Shown piece by piece: positions 1-10,400 of a stretch of DNA of 64,000 nucleotides. The translations under genes were made by a program, and so were the position numbers. The DNA lies in NCBI GenBank assembly GCA_963691875.1, contig OY829846.1:2912001-2976000 (forward strand), given 5' to 3'. The stretch is from Aureliella sp. Lineage in GTDB: Bacteria; Planctomycetota; Planctomycetia; Pirellulales; Pirellulaceae. Position 1 is the stretch's first letter, and every line of letters starts with the position of its first letter. Below the pieces are notes generated by a model that was not told the DNA's origin, searched no databases, and saw only the letters and a program-made list of their open reading frames with translations.

Positions 1-1215
1 AGTGAACACTCTTTAGGCTTGCTGGAAAAGTACGAGAACTTGCTCGCTGAACGTCAGACCGACGGAAGCCTGACCGAGCATGAAGTGATGTTTGAGCAAC
101 TAGATCTCACGCTGGGAGATCGACTGCAATCGATCTCGGATCTGCTGGAATACGCCGAACTGCAAAACGATGCCTCTCGCCAACTGCAAGAGTCACTCAA
201 TAAGCTGAGCATGAAAACAGATCCTCTGCGAGCCGATATCATTCGTGCGATGCAGAAGTTTTTGAGTGATAGCCCAGAGGAAAAAGACGATCTGCGAGCG
301 GACTTGATGTACCTGGACGGTTTCTTAGGACTGCTCGATCAGCTGCGCAAGGACGACTTGCCGAAGTATGAACGTCGCTTTCAGGAACGCCTGAATGAGA
401 AAGTCATTCAAGAGATCGGAGTCTTCCATGCGGCACTACAGTGTGAGAAGCAGGAGATAGCATCTAAGATCGGCGTCTTAAACGAATCGCTGGAACAACT
501 GGAGTACCGCGCCGGCACCTTCATGAGATTGGAGCCTCGAGATGCATCCGATCGCGAAATAAAAGATTTCCAAGCCTTGTTGCGTGAATGCTTGGACGAC
601 CAATTTGATGGAGATACGAGCGCGGATGAAGCACGCTTCAAACGCATCGAGAAGTTGATTCGCCGCTTGCGTGAAGAAGAACGCTGGCGCGACAAGGTAA
701 CGGATGTTCGCCGGTGGTTTGACTTTGCGGCGCGAGAGCTTGATGCAGTGAGCGGTGAAGAGCGAAGCTGCTACGAGGACAGTGCAGGACAATCTGGCGG
801 TGAGAAAGCAAAACTTGCCTTTACGATTCTTGTCGCAGCGATTGCCTACCAATTTGATATCGATCCCAGTGACTATGACGATGATCGCTTTCACTTTGTG
901 GTGGTCGACGAGATGTTCTCCAAAGTCGACGATCGCTACGCCGAGTATGCGTTGCAGCTATTCGAAAAGTTTGGCTTACAGTTGCTGATCGTTGCTCCTC
1001 TCGATGCCAAGGCACGCGTCACAGAGCCCTACGTGGGCTGCTATTTGCACACGGTGAAGAACGAGAAGAGTCGCACGAGCGAAGTAATTTCCATGACAGC
1101 AACGGAGTACGCCGGAGCCATGGCTAGCAAGCCGGGAGGGGCTGCCACGGCAACTCGCAAAGGAAAAACAAAGTCGCAGCCAACGCGTAGTGCCAGCCCA
1201 AAGAAGCCAAAGTAG
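1..1215 (+). CDS. jetC: C-terminal part of an SMC/MukB-like ATPase, Wadjet JetC-like (5'-truncated by window edge)
   Basis: Frame is open from base 1. Coiled-coil region, then ABC signature GQSGGEK, 'LAFTILVAAIAYQF', Walker B VVVDEMF and 'FGLQLLIVAP', typical of the JetC/SbcCD_C C-terminus. Confidence 0.75.
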   Translation, partial: SEHSLGLLEKYENLLAERQTDGSLTEHEVMFEQLDLTLGDRLQSISDLLEYAELQNDASRQLQESLNKLSMKTDPLRADIIRAMQKFLSDSPEEKDDLRADLMYLDGFLGLLDQLRKDDLPKYERRFQERLNEKVIQEIGVFHAALQCEKQEIASKIGVLNESLEQLEYRAGTFMRLEPRDASDREIKDFQALLRECLDDQFDGDTSADEARFKRIEKLIRRLREEERWRDKVTDVRRWFDFAARELDAVSGEERSCYEDSAGQSGGEKAKLAFTILVAAIAYQFDIDPSDYDDDRFHFVVVDEMFSKVDDRYAEYALQLFEKFGLQLLIVAPLDAKARVTEPYVGCYLHTVKNEKSRTSEVISMTATEYAGAMASKPGGAATATRKGKTKSQPTRSASPKKPK

Positions 1216-1312
1216 GGTCAATGGTCTCAGTTGATGCCCAACGCTGGTTCCGAACTCTTCCGCCTAAATGCGGGACTACGAGCTTGGAAGAATAGATTCA
1301 GGTCGAAAATCG

Positions 1313-2788
1313 CTACCTTTCCTTCTCGCCTTCAATTGGCAAATCGCCAAAAATACTGAGTTGAGTGCCTTCGGCGTTTCCGTCCTTGATATTGATTTCA
1401 AGCTTCTCTGGAACTGGACCTGACAAGTTGAGAAAGATAAGCTTGCTTCCGTCGTAAGACAGGATGTCGATCTTAGGTCGGGCAGGATCCAGGGTCGACC
1501 AACCGATGAGTTCGTCGTTCAGCGTGAACAAATGCAACTCCCACTCCACCACCTGAAAACCATCATCGGTCGATAGTTTCCAAACTCCTGACACGGCATC
1601 GACTTGTTCTTTCGTTGCCGTGACTTCGGCCGATGGAGGGCCTTCGTCGCGATAAGTCAAATACTCCTGCATCCGACCTTGATATTTCTTCGCGATGCGC
1701 ACGCCAGGCATCTCGGTCGGGTCATTCTGCACATGGAACTCACGCTGAATCGGTTTACACCAGCCTTGGTCATCATTGCAAACCACGTAGCTCGCTTTCA
1801 GAATAAGCTTGGCACCCGGGTTGATGTTTGACACGCTGAATTTGAATTCCCGTGGATCCGAGTCGCCAGCGACGTCCATCTTCGGCCCCTCCAATTTATG
1901 GACTGATAACTCGACTTGATCCACCGCTTCGATTTCCAAGCGAAAAGGCCCCTGCAGATTGTTCCAGTGAGCGTGATGAATCGGATCCAATTCGAATGTC
2001 AGGAATACATCGCCTTCGCCAGCGTAGAGCAATGGCCCTGAGGCTGAGGCACGTAACTTCACGTAATGTAATTCCTGATTCTCCGTCTCGTTGGCTTCGA
2101 CTTTTAGCTCAATCGCATCATCCGGCAGTTCCATTGGTTCCAAAATTCCGCTGGCGGCGAGTGCAGCAGGTTTGGGCTTCGGGAGATCAAGATCCTCCGG
2201 TCGAGTTGGATTCTCAACTTTACCTACGAGCTGGTTCAGCTTTTCTCGCAGCAACTTCGGCTGATTCCAACCACGCCGGGAAACCACTCGTCCCTCAGCA
2301 TCGATTATAAATTCGCTGTTCGGAGCTGCGCCCATGTACTTCGTAAATTCGTTTTGCAAGTCCACGCAAAGCCACGGCGTCTTGGTACCCAGTGTGCGCT
2401 TGGCTTCTTTCATATGAAGCAAGCGTTCTTCCAGGTCCCGTGGATTCAAGTAGTTGTTCCAGCCGGGATGCGCTAGATCCTTATAGATGTAGTAGAACTG
2501 AACACCTTTCGGTGAGTAGTCTCTTGCGATTGCCTCCAAACTGGGGACGTTCTTTAGAAATGGCGGTCAGGTCAAGCAACCGAAGATAAGTACGCTGTAG
2601 CGATTCTTGAACTCCGTGGTTCGCACACCATTACCTGCTTCATCATAGAGCACGTAATCACCGATATGCGCCCCGACCGCCGGCAAACGTCTGGTCATCG
2701 ACGATTCACCAGCTGCCGGAATCGTGTCTTGTGCAAACGCAGGCAGGCTAAGCAATAAACAAGAAAGAAACGCAGCTAGTTTTCGCAT
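1313..2788 (-). CDS. Secreted selenoprotein: deiodinase-like/thioredoxin-fold domain with CxxU motif plus DsbD-N-like C-terminal domain (TGA at 2569..2567 read as Sec, 491 aa)
   Basis: ORFs 2567..2788 and 1313..2539 are in the same frame, separated only by TGA and 9 sense codons. Read-through gives signal peptide...SVLIFGCLT-U-PPFLKNVPSLEAIARDY...FYYIYKDLAHP...VDLQNEFTKYMGAAPNSEFIID, matching the deiodinase pattern FGS(C/A)T-U-PPF...Y..EAHP...D...N.....Y.A.P. Confidence 0.85.
2520..2560 (-). promoter_or_regulatory. Candidate bacterial SECIS element
   Basis: Starts 6 nt after the UGA: UUUCUAAAGAACGUCCCCA-GUU-UGGAGGCAAUCGCAAGAGA. This is a symmetric hairpin with 13 of 19 positions paired and a small G-starting apical loop 25 nt from the UGA. 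Confidence 0.6.
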
Positions 2789-3462
2789 ACTTGAGATTCG
2801 AAAGCGAGATATCGAGACAGGGAATCACGCAGTCCAGGGTACTGGGTTCTAAATTAGAATTCCAGCCGCCAACTTCTAGAGGCTGGTAAATCAGGGTTTC
2901 GATCCTTGAGCCAACTGCGCCAGCCGCAGATAGTTTTCTTGGTTCGACCCGACGCAACAGTTCGGCGCACTTCACCAAATGGAAACTCCCATTCAAGCTG
3001 CGCAACCGCTCGGTGTCTTGGCCGCAGCTCGGCAATTGAGATACTTTCAATGCAATCGACGAAAACTGTGGCATCTATCTGAAGGCGGAGCAATGAAGGT
3101 CGAATGGGCGGGCGAGGGAATGCCAGATTCCCTTTACAGTGCAGTTTTTTTCGCTGGTCTAGCTGACCTTGATCTCGACTGAGAATCAGGCCTCATCGGT
3201 CCACGGATCCACGGATTGCAATCGTCGATCTATTCTTTCCAACTATTGGCCTCCCGGGCGCTTTTCGAGATGAGGTTGAGACAGGAAAGGAAAGCCGAGT
3301 TCGGAGATCTGTTTTTTCTGATTCCAAGCATTGTTATACGATTCGCTCCGAAGATTTTCGTTAAAAAATTTTTTTGGATGTCCGGCTAGAAGCGAAGACG
3401 GCACTCAATTACTTGTTGCCGGATATTTTTTGTAGACACTTCGAGCAGAGGAATCATCGAGC

Positions 3463-6400
3463 ATGTTCTTTAATCGCAAAAGCGTCTATCGCTCCCCCAA
3501 AGAAAACACCAAGCTTGGAAATTTTGAAAAGCTAGAAGCACGAAACATGATGGCTGCCGTCATTGGAGATTTTAATGGCGATGGGTTTAATGATCTTGCG
3601 AGTGGTATTCCTCACGAGGATCTGGGAGCGAGGAGGGATGCTGGCGCTGTCTTGGTGCGTTACGGTAACGGTTACGGATTGAATGGCAGAACAGAATTAT
3701 GGAATGCGGGGCACGTTGCAGGATTGGACATCAGGGAAGGTGACCAGTTTGGTGCGGCCTTGATTGCTGGTGACTTCAATGGCGACGGGGTCGATGATTT
3801 AGCAGTTGGAATTCCCAACCGAGACCTTGGTGGTATTACGGATGCTGGAGCTGTCGGAGTCATCTATGGAATGCCAGCTGGTATCTTTGCCGGAGGTTTG
3901 TCACCGTGGAGAACGGATGTGTTCTTTCAGGGCATGGAGGGCCTACAAGATCAACCGGATGCGTTGGATCGTTTTGGAACGAGTCTGAGTGCTGGCGACT
4001 TCAATGGCGATGGCTGCGATGAGTTAGTAGTAGGAGTGCCAAGCGAATCATTCAGCGAACCGAAATTGCCCGAAGTGATTACGCGGCAGGATGTCGGTGC
4101 AGTTCACATCATCCAAGGAAATGCGACCGGCTTAACGACTCAGGATAGTCAATTTTGGACACCTGGCCGTGATTCTGTCAGGCGAAACGGGGAGCGATAC
4201 AACCGCTTTGGCTCGGCGTTTGCTGTCGGGGATTTTGATGGCTCCGGGCGAGATGATCTTGCAATTGGCGCCCCCGGCGACAGTTTCAACGCTCAGCCGA
4301 ATGCTGGTGCGGTTCACGTGATCTACTCCTCCTTCGATGGTCTCGCACGCGACGAAATCCAGCTTTTTCACCAACAGTACCCTTCGGTACCGGGTTTGGG
4401 GGATCACCTTGAATCTTTAGAAGCCTATGACTTTTTTGCGTCAAGTTTGGCTTCCGGTGATTTCAACAGAGATGGAAAAGATGATTTGGCAATCGGTGTG
4501 CCGGGAGAAAATGCGCGCGCGGGAGCGGTTCATGTTTTGATGGCTTCGAGTCACTCAGGCGGAAAACTGACACTCAACCAGAACAAAACGTACCGTCAGA
4601 TCGATGTCGGATCCTACGCCCAAAACAACAACCTGTTTGGATACTCTCTCGCCGTCAGAGACAACGGTCGATACAACGAGTTGTTGGTGGGAGTACCAGG
4701 AGATTCATTGCCGAGAAAGGAAGCTCACGGATCCGTTGCTGTGATCAACCCTATGCATCGCGCAGTCGATTTGGGGCGTGCTGGTACGTTCATCGTAAAT
4801 AAGACAAACGGTACTAGCGCCTTCGAGTACTGGGGCAGTAGCCTCACCGTAGGACAATTGAATCGATATGGTGATTATTTGGGGGATAGAGAAGTAAATT
4901 ACGAAGACCTGATTGTTGGCATCCCCGGATTCGACGAGGGAACACGGGTTGACGCAGGGGCCTTTCAGATATGGATTGGAAATCACTTGGACTTCCGACT
5001 ACGACCTCCAAACAAGACTTTGTCGCAGAGTCATTTTCCCGGAGTTAGCGTGGAGATGGGAGATGAATTTGGTGGAAGCATTCCTTTGAATTTCCGCCGC
5101 GTATCGACCGAGGAGGCAATTCCAAAACTTGAAAGCAATCCTGGCGCAAGACACACCATTTATCTCGATTTCAATGGACACGGCACAGGTCATTGGTTGG
5201 ATCGAAGAAGACACAGAAGCCCCGGGTTTACGTTGGATCAATCAGTCAATCGGCGGGATGACGTATATGGCCGAATGAACGTGACAGAAGTCGCAATGAT
5301 CGAAGATATTTGGTCAACTGTTGCCGAAGACTTTGCCGCCTTTGATGTGAATGTGACAACGCACCGTCCCGAAAGTAGAAGATTTGATCGGGTGGCAATC
5401 GGGGGTTCCGCTCCTGGCTGGGCCGACGGTGCCCCAGGAATCCACCGGCGCTTTGACAATGACCTCACGTGGGTCTGGCCGGAGAGCGTTTCGGGGTACT
5501 CGAATTTTGCTTTCGGTCTGGGCAATGATCTGGCATTGTACACAGGGAACCTCGCGTCTCACGAGCAAGGCCACGAGCTTGGACTCGACCATAAGTCAGA
5601 AGAAGGAATAGAAAGGACCGAGAGGATGTCGAGTGCTACAAGGGACCGGTCCGTCTCCTCACGTTGTTACCGCAGCGAATACAGCGACGGAGGGCCTACG
5701 TGGAATCCAATCATGGGGACTTTTTACGACGGTCAACGAACGATTTGGACCCAGGCACACATGAATTTGCCCGATTCCACAACCATGCCAACTACGAGCA
5801 TGCGTGGCACCGAGACGATTACAACCACTAAAACAAAATCACGTCGCCGCACCGACGGAAACAATGAATTGAGTTTCCTAAGACGAGTTTTGGGTGCCAG
5901 GCCAGATGATCACGGTGATTCACTTGGTGCCGCGACGAATCTTCGTGGCAACATTGCCGTTGGAAATATTGAATGGAAAGAAGATGTCGACGCTTTTATC
6001 CTCGACGTGACGCCACGAAATTCACTAGAGGTTCGTGTTGATGTCGCGGAAATGGCCCCCAATCTTGATCTTTTGCTATCCATTTATGAAGTCGACCGCA
6101 ACGGGAGAGAGCATCTAATTTTGCATGATGCTGGATCGGTCGATCGCCTCGATGCCGAAGCAACGATTAGGCTTTCGGCGAATGCAAAGCAGATCCTTAT
6201 CTTGGTGACAAGCCGAGGAGTATTCGACGGTGATCTTGGCACATATGTTGTTCGGACCAATGAATTCTCTCCCCTCGCGCCACTAACCCGAATGTCACGT
6301 GCACTCGGTTCCGTAGCGTTCGAGCCAATTACTTCCGACGCCGTTGAACGTCCAATACGGATATCATCGAGCCGGCTTCAAGTGAACGTGATCAGCCCTG

Positions 6401-6627
6401 GGAATCTGGGTTCTCCGGAAAGACACACTAGCAAATCAGACCAAAACTTAGGGTCGACTAGACGAATGCCGGAAGCAAACAAGTCAACGCCGTCGATGTG
6501 GCGATTATCGACCAAAGCTTCTGCTCCAGGAGGACTCGATATTGAATCCCTGGATCTTGCGCTGGCATCAATCGCCGTTAGCCAGGAGGAACTGCTTCAA
6601 GATCTTGAATTCAGTTGGGCTGATTAG
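3463..6627 (+). CDS. Large extracellular protein: planctomycete LExRxxxA leader, FG-GAP/integrin-alpha-like repeats, zincin metallopeptidase domain, PPC-like domain
   Basis: N-terminal 'FEKLEARNMMA'. Repeated GDFNGDGxDDLAxGxP...AGAV motifs. 'IYLDFNGH...VAEDFAAFDVNVTT' and zinc motif HEQGHELGLDH with Met-turn 'PIMG'. 'DDHGD...GNIEWKEDVDAF' PPC-like region. Confidence 0.85.
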   Translation: MFFNRKSVYRSPKENTKLGNFEKLEARNMMAAVIGDFNGDGFNDLASGIPHEDLGARRDAGAVLVRYGNGYGLNGRTELWNAGHVAGLDIREGDQFGAALIAGDFNGDGVDDLAVGIPNRDLGGITDAGAVGVIYGMPAGIFAGGLSPWRTDVFFQGMEGLQDQPDALDRFGTSLSAGDFNGDGCDELVVGVPSESFSEPKLPEVITRQDVGAVHIIQGNATGLTTQDSQFWTPGRDSVRRNGERYNRFGSAFAVGDFDGSGRDDLAIGAPGDSFNAQPNAGAVHVIYSSFDGLARDEIQLFHQQYPSVPGLGDHLESLEAYDFFASSLASGDFNRDGKDDLAIGVPGENARAGAVHVLMASSHSGGKLTLNQNKTYRQIDVGSYAQNNNLFGYSLAVRDNGRYNELLVGVPGDSLPRKEAHGSVAVINPMHRAVDLGRAGTFIVNKTNGTSAFEYWGSSLTVGQLNRYGDYLGDREVNYEDLIVGIPGFDEGTRVDAGAFQIWIGNHLDFRLRPPNKTLSQSHFPGVSVEMGDEFGGSIPLNFRRVSTEEAIPKLESNPGARHTIYLDFNGHGTGHWLDRRRHRSPGFTLDQSVNRRDDVYGRMNVTEVAMIEDIWSTVAEDFAAFDVNVTTHRPESRRFDRVAIGGSAPGWADGAPGIHRRFDNDLTWVWPESVSGYSNFAFGLGNDLALYTGNLASHEQGHELGLDHKSEEGIERTERMSSATRDRSVSSRCYRSEYSDGGPTWNPIMGTFYDGQRTIWTQAHMNLPDSTTMPTTSMRGTETITTTKTKSRRRTDGNNELSFLRRVLGARPDDHGDSLGAATNLRGNIAVGNIEWKEDVDAFILDVTPRNSLEVRVDVAEMAPNLDLLLSIYEVDRNGREHLILHDAGSVDRLDAEATIRLSANAKQILILVTSRGVFDGDLGTYVVRTNEFSPLAPLTRMSRALGSVAFEPITSDAVERPIRISSSRLQVNVISPGNLGSPERHTSKSDQNLGSTRRMPEANKSTPSMWRLSTKASAPGGLDIESLDLALASIAVSQEELLQDLEFSWAD

Positions 6628-6930
6628 CTTTTACAGCGCCTTGACATTCCACCGAATAAGTAAACCTATGAACAACGAGAGTTTCTCGCTTTCAGATTTG
6701 AGAGTCGATCGCTGGCACCCGTGAATGCACGCCTGAGCAATCTGAGAAACGACAACTTGAAACTAGGTTTTGGTCAAACTCAGATTCGAAAATTTGATCA
6801 AACCTTCGCTCGCTTTGAAAGTAACGAGCATGAGCGCCCGATTGAAGGCATCGATGCTTTGCTCGCCAAAATTCTAGATGCGAAACGGCTGCGTTGTTCC
6901 GAGAACTCCTTCGGGTTCTTCCGACAAGAG

Positions 6931-7120
6931 CTGATTGGGTAACACGCCGCCCCTTCTGAGGGTCCTTTTCCACCAGGTGACTTGGCTATGTATCTTCCTG
7001 CCGGAAGTGACGTTGCGATGCAAACACACTTCCATCCATCTGGCAAAACAGAAAAAGAACAAGGCCTTATGGTTCTTTATTTCGCGGACAAGCCGCCCTC
7101 CAGGCAGCTAGTACCGAGTC
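6931..7120 (+). pseudogene. Remnant of a planctomycete redoxin/Cu-monooxygenase-like domain gene
   Basis: LIG*HAAPSEGPFPPGDLAMYLPAGSDVAMQTHFHPSGKTEKEQGLMVLYFADKPP resembles the internal 'lp.GsdlvlQ.HyhpsGk.e.e...glYfa..p' motif. In-frame TAA at 6940; the rest of the protein is absent. Confidence 0.5.
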
Positions 7121-7350
7121 AGATCTGGGACCTAAAAATCCCCGCTAGCGAAATTGGCTATCTACTCGAAGCCTCCCGTAGTTTCTCCCAAGAACTACTT
7201 GCATGGCCGTCTTGGGCAACTTCTGGCTGCCAACAAGATTGCAACTCCAGAAACAAAACCGCTGAGGTGCTCTCTTTTGGAACCGCTCCCTGAAACCTGA
7301 GTCTGAAATACGTAGGGCCCACGGAGGTACTGCCCACCGTGTCGCGTATG

Positions 7351-7384
7351 AAAATCCCCAAGTAGTCGATGGACCACTTGGGGA
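7351..7384 (-). terminator. Rho-independent terminator of the tricorn-like protease gene
   Basis: TCCCCAAGT...ACTTGGGGA stem with inner GTC/GAC pairs, followed by TTTT on the minus strand, about 40 nt after the stop. Confidence 0.6.
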
Positions 7385-7423
7385 GCATTCTTATCTACTA
7401 AAAGTGTGCTTTCGCAACCTCAG

Positions 7424-10400
7424 CTACTTATCTGAGTCCGGAATGCCCATCTTGCTGCGATCAGGGTAGGCCGGACGTGTAGGTGGTTTTGGATACTGCT
7501 TGATCTCGCGAAGCATCGTTTTGATTGCGACATCAAGCTGCGGATCAGCACCATCTTGCATTTTGGCTGGATCTTCGATGACGTCGATGTCGGGATCAAC
7601 ACCATGGCCTTCGATGCCCCAAGTCCCATCGTTGTCGTAGTAAGCAAACGATGGCGCGGTCACACTGGCGCCGTCCAGCAAAGGACGTCCGCCCTGGATG
7701 CCAACCAGACCGCCCCATGTACGACGGCCGATGAGCTTGCCAATCTTCATTTGCTTGAACAAACCAGGAAACATATCGCCACCGCTTCCGGCTAGGCCGT
7801 TGATCAGCATGCATTTGGGACCTTGATGCGAATCAGGAGGCCAAACCCAATCGACGCCATCCCGAACCGCCCAGCGATTCGTCGAAGGACGATTCAGCAG
7901 TTCGATAAATCGAGTTGGGATCTGTCCACCGCCATTCCAGCGATCGTCGATGATCAGAGCTTCTTTCTCATGCTGAGAATAAAACTGGCGAAACAAGTCG
8001 TTCTGCCCATTGATGCCCGTGTTGGTGACGTAGATGTAACCAACCTTACCCTTAGACTTTTTCTCGACATAAGCCCGAGTGGCTTCAATACCGTCCCAGA
8101 ATCGCAAGTTGTAATCACTCGAAAGAGGACGCACGACAACGCTGCGAGCTCTTTTTTCTCCGGTTTGGACCTTCAGAGTGATTGCTCGACCACCGAGTCC
8201 TATAAAGTACTTGTACGGATTCTCCTCGGTGTCTACTGGCACGCCGTTGACTTCCAGGATCGCGTCACCTTCCTTCACACCAGCTGCTGATAGGGGATTG
8301 CGAGCGTCGGTGTCCCACTCGCCGCCTTGCCAAAGCTTGGCGACAGTGAGTTTCTCCCCCAACGCGAACTCGCAACCTAGCAGTGCGACGGACTCGCGTG
8401 GGCCACGCTCTACATCGCCTTCGCGGTAGTACGCGTGTCCAACATTGATCTCTGCAATCATCTCACGAATGATGTAGCTCAAGTCAGTTCGGCTGACACA
8501 ATCTTCCAAGAGAGCCGCATACTGTTCCCGAACTGCTTCCCAATCCACGCCGTGCATGGTCGGGTCGTAGAAGAAATCACGCTCTGCTCGCCATGCTTCG
8601 TGAAACATTTGCTTCCACTCTGCTCGCCGATCGATCTCCATTCGCATCCCTTCTGTGCTAACTGAGCTTCCCAGGCTTTGGCCCGGAGCAGCACTGAGCA
8701 CATAGATATTTCCACGTGCAAAAGTCAGAAGCTTCTTGCCATCAGGCGTGAGTTCGAATCCGGCGGCTCCTGCAAGGACAGTTTTCTCACTGGCTTTTCC
8801 GTCTGCAATGGAAAGTAGTTTAATGCTTGGTGGATCAGATTCTCCCTGCTCGGATGTGCGAGCGTAAATGAGTCCCGCCGCCGAGTATTGCAAGTTTCGG
8901 AAACGGCCCGAGCTAACAGGCACTTGGAAGCTGCGAGCTTCGATGCCCTCAAAGTCAATCGAGATCTTCTTGGGCTCCTCAGATTTCTTGTTTTCTGGCT
9001 TTGCTTCGCCTGACTTTGTTTCATCGGACTTGGCCCCGTCAGCAGGCTGCTTCGCCTTCGACTTCTTGCCTTTGTTCTTGCGGTTCTTTTTCGTGCTCTT
9101 CTTAGAAGAAGCTTCAGAACCTTCCTTCGACTTCTCCGCATCTGCTTCTTGTTTCTCAGCTGCAGCTTCTTCGTCCTTGTCGCCTTCTGGCTTATCCTTA
9201 TTTTCTTCTTTCCAAGTTTCTTCGTCACTGGTTGGGAGCAAGGGATTCTTCACGTCAGCACGCAATGGAACGGCAACGAGAACTTGCGTGTCGTCATAGA
9301 TGAAGGTAGTGCCTACATCTTCGTAGCTCGGGCTACCGAAATCGCGATTGGACGCGAAGTACAAGTACTCGCCTTCGCGATCGAAGGCTGGTGATACATC
9401 ATTGAAGTATCCGCTAGTGATTGCGTGAGTCTTGCCGCTTGCGACTTCGAGAACTCGAATCTGATTGCGAGTCGCAGCCTTAGTACCTCGCATATAGGCG
9501 AGCCAAGCAGAATCGTGCGACCAACTGATGGAGCCGGCGCCGCCGTGCGGTTCATCGTCAAACTGATCAACCTTCTTGCTATTGGCGTCCACAATAAACA
9601 TGCCGCCAGTCTTGTCTGTAAAGTAAAGCTTCTTCGAGTCTGGCGACCAAGAAATACTGCTTCGCCAACAGTTGCCGTTATCGGTCAGTTGTTTGGTTTC
9701 ACCTGAGCCGTCGCTAGCAGCGAGTACCAATTCGTATTCACCACTTGCATCGGTGAAATAAGCGATCCAACGTCCGTCGGGGCTCCATGCTGGATCGCGT
9801 TCGGCAGCACCGCTGGTGCGAGTCAAATTGCGAGGCGAACCATTCTTGATTGGTGCTGACCAGATATCGCCTCGAGCCTCGATGGCAACTCGTTTAGCAC
9901 TCGGCGAGACCGATGCACCTTGGATGAAGTCGGCAGCGTCGACGATATGCGGACGCAGAGAAGGACGATCACCAGGAATAGTAATCTTGACCGACTTTGA
10001 CTTCTTCGTCTTCACGTTCAGGATTCGAATCTCCGATCCAAGTTGGAAGATAATTTCGCCTTCGCCATTCCGTCCAGGACCTATCGATGGCGTCTTGACA
10101 TCAAAGTCTGCGAACTTGGTGACTTGTGTTTTCTCATCTGCTTCGACGTTGTACTTCCACACATTCATGCGATGATTCGGGCCAGCATCGGACAAATAGT
10201 AAAGCGTGTCGTCATGCCACATTGGAAAAGAATCAGTACCTTCCCAATCGGTGACTCGCTTTGAGGATTTGTCGCTTAGGTTGAATAGCCATACGTCAGA
10301 AGCCATCCCGCCGCGATAACGCTTCCATGTGCGCGTGTCACGACTGTAAGGCGTGTAGGCCAGCCACTCGCCGCTGTCGTTGATTGCGCCATTGGTACCA

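Noticed and set aside
1313..2788. Two separate genes (73 aa and 408 aa), or a nonsense pseudogene, as implied by the ORF track
   Set aside because: The TGA falls exactly at the catalytic Sec/Cys column of a deiodinase-like motif and is followed by a SECIS-like hairpin, so recoding explains it better.
2828..2922. tRNA-Sec (selC) next to the selenoprotein gene
   Set aside because: No TCA anticodon loop and wrong arm spacing; kept only as a low-interest structure.
8950..9230. Lys/Glu-rich stretch in the tricorn-like protease as an insertion or repeat element
   Set aside because: In-frame low-complexity linker at a position where tricorn-like proteins usually have one.
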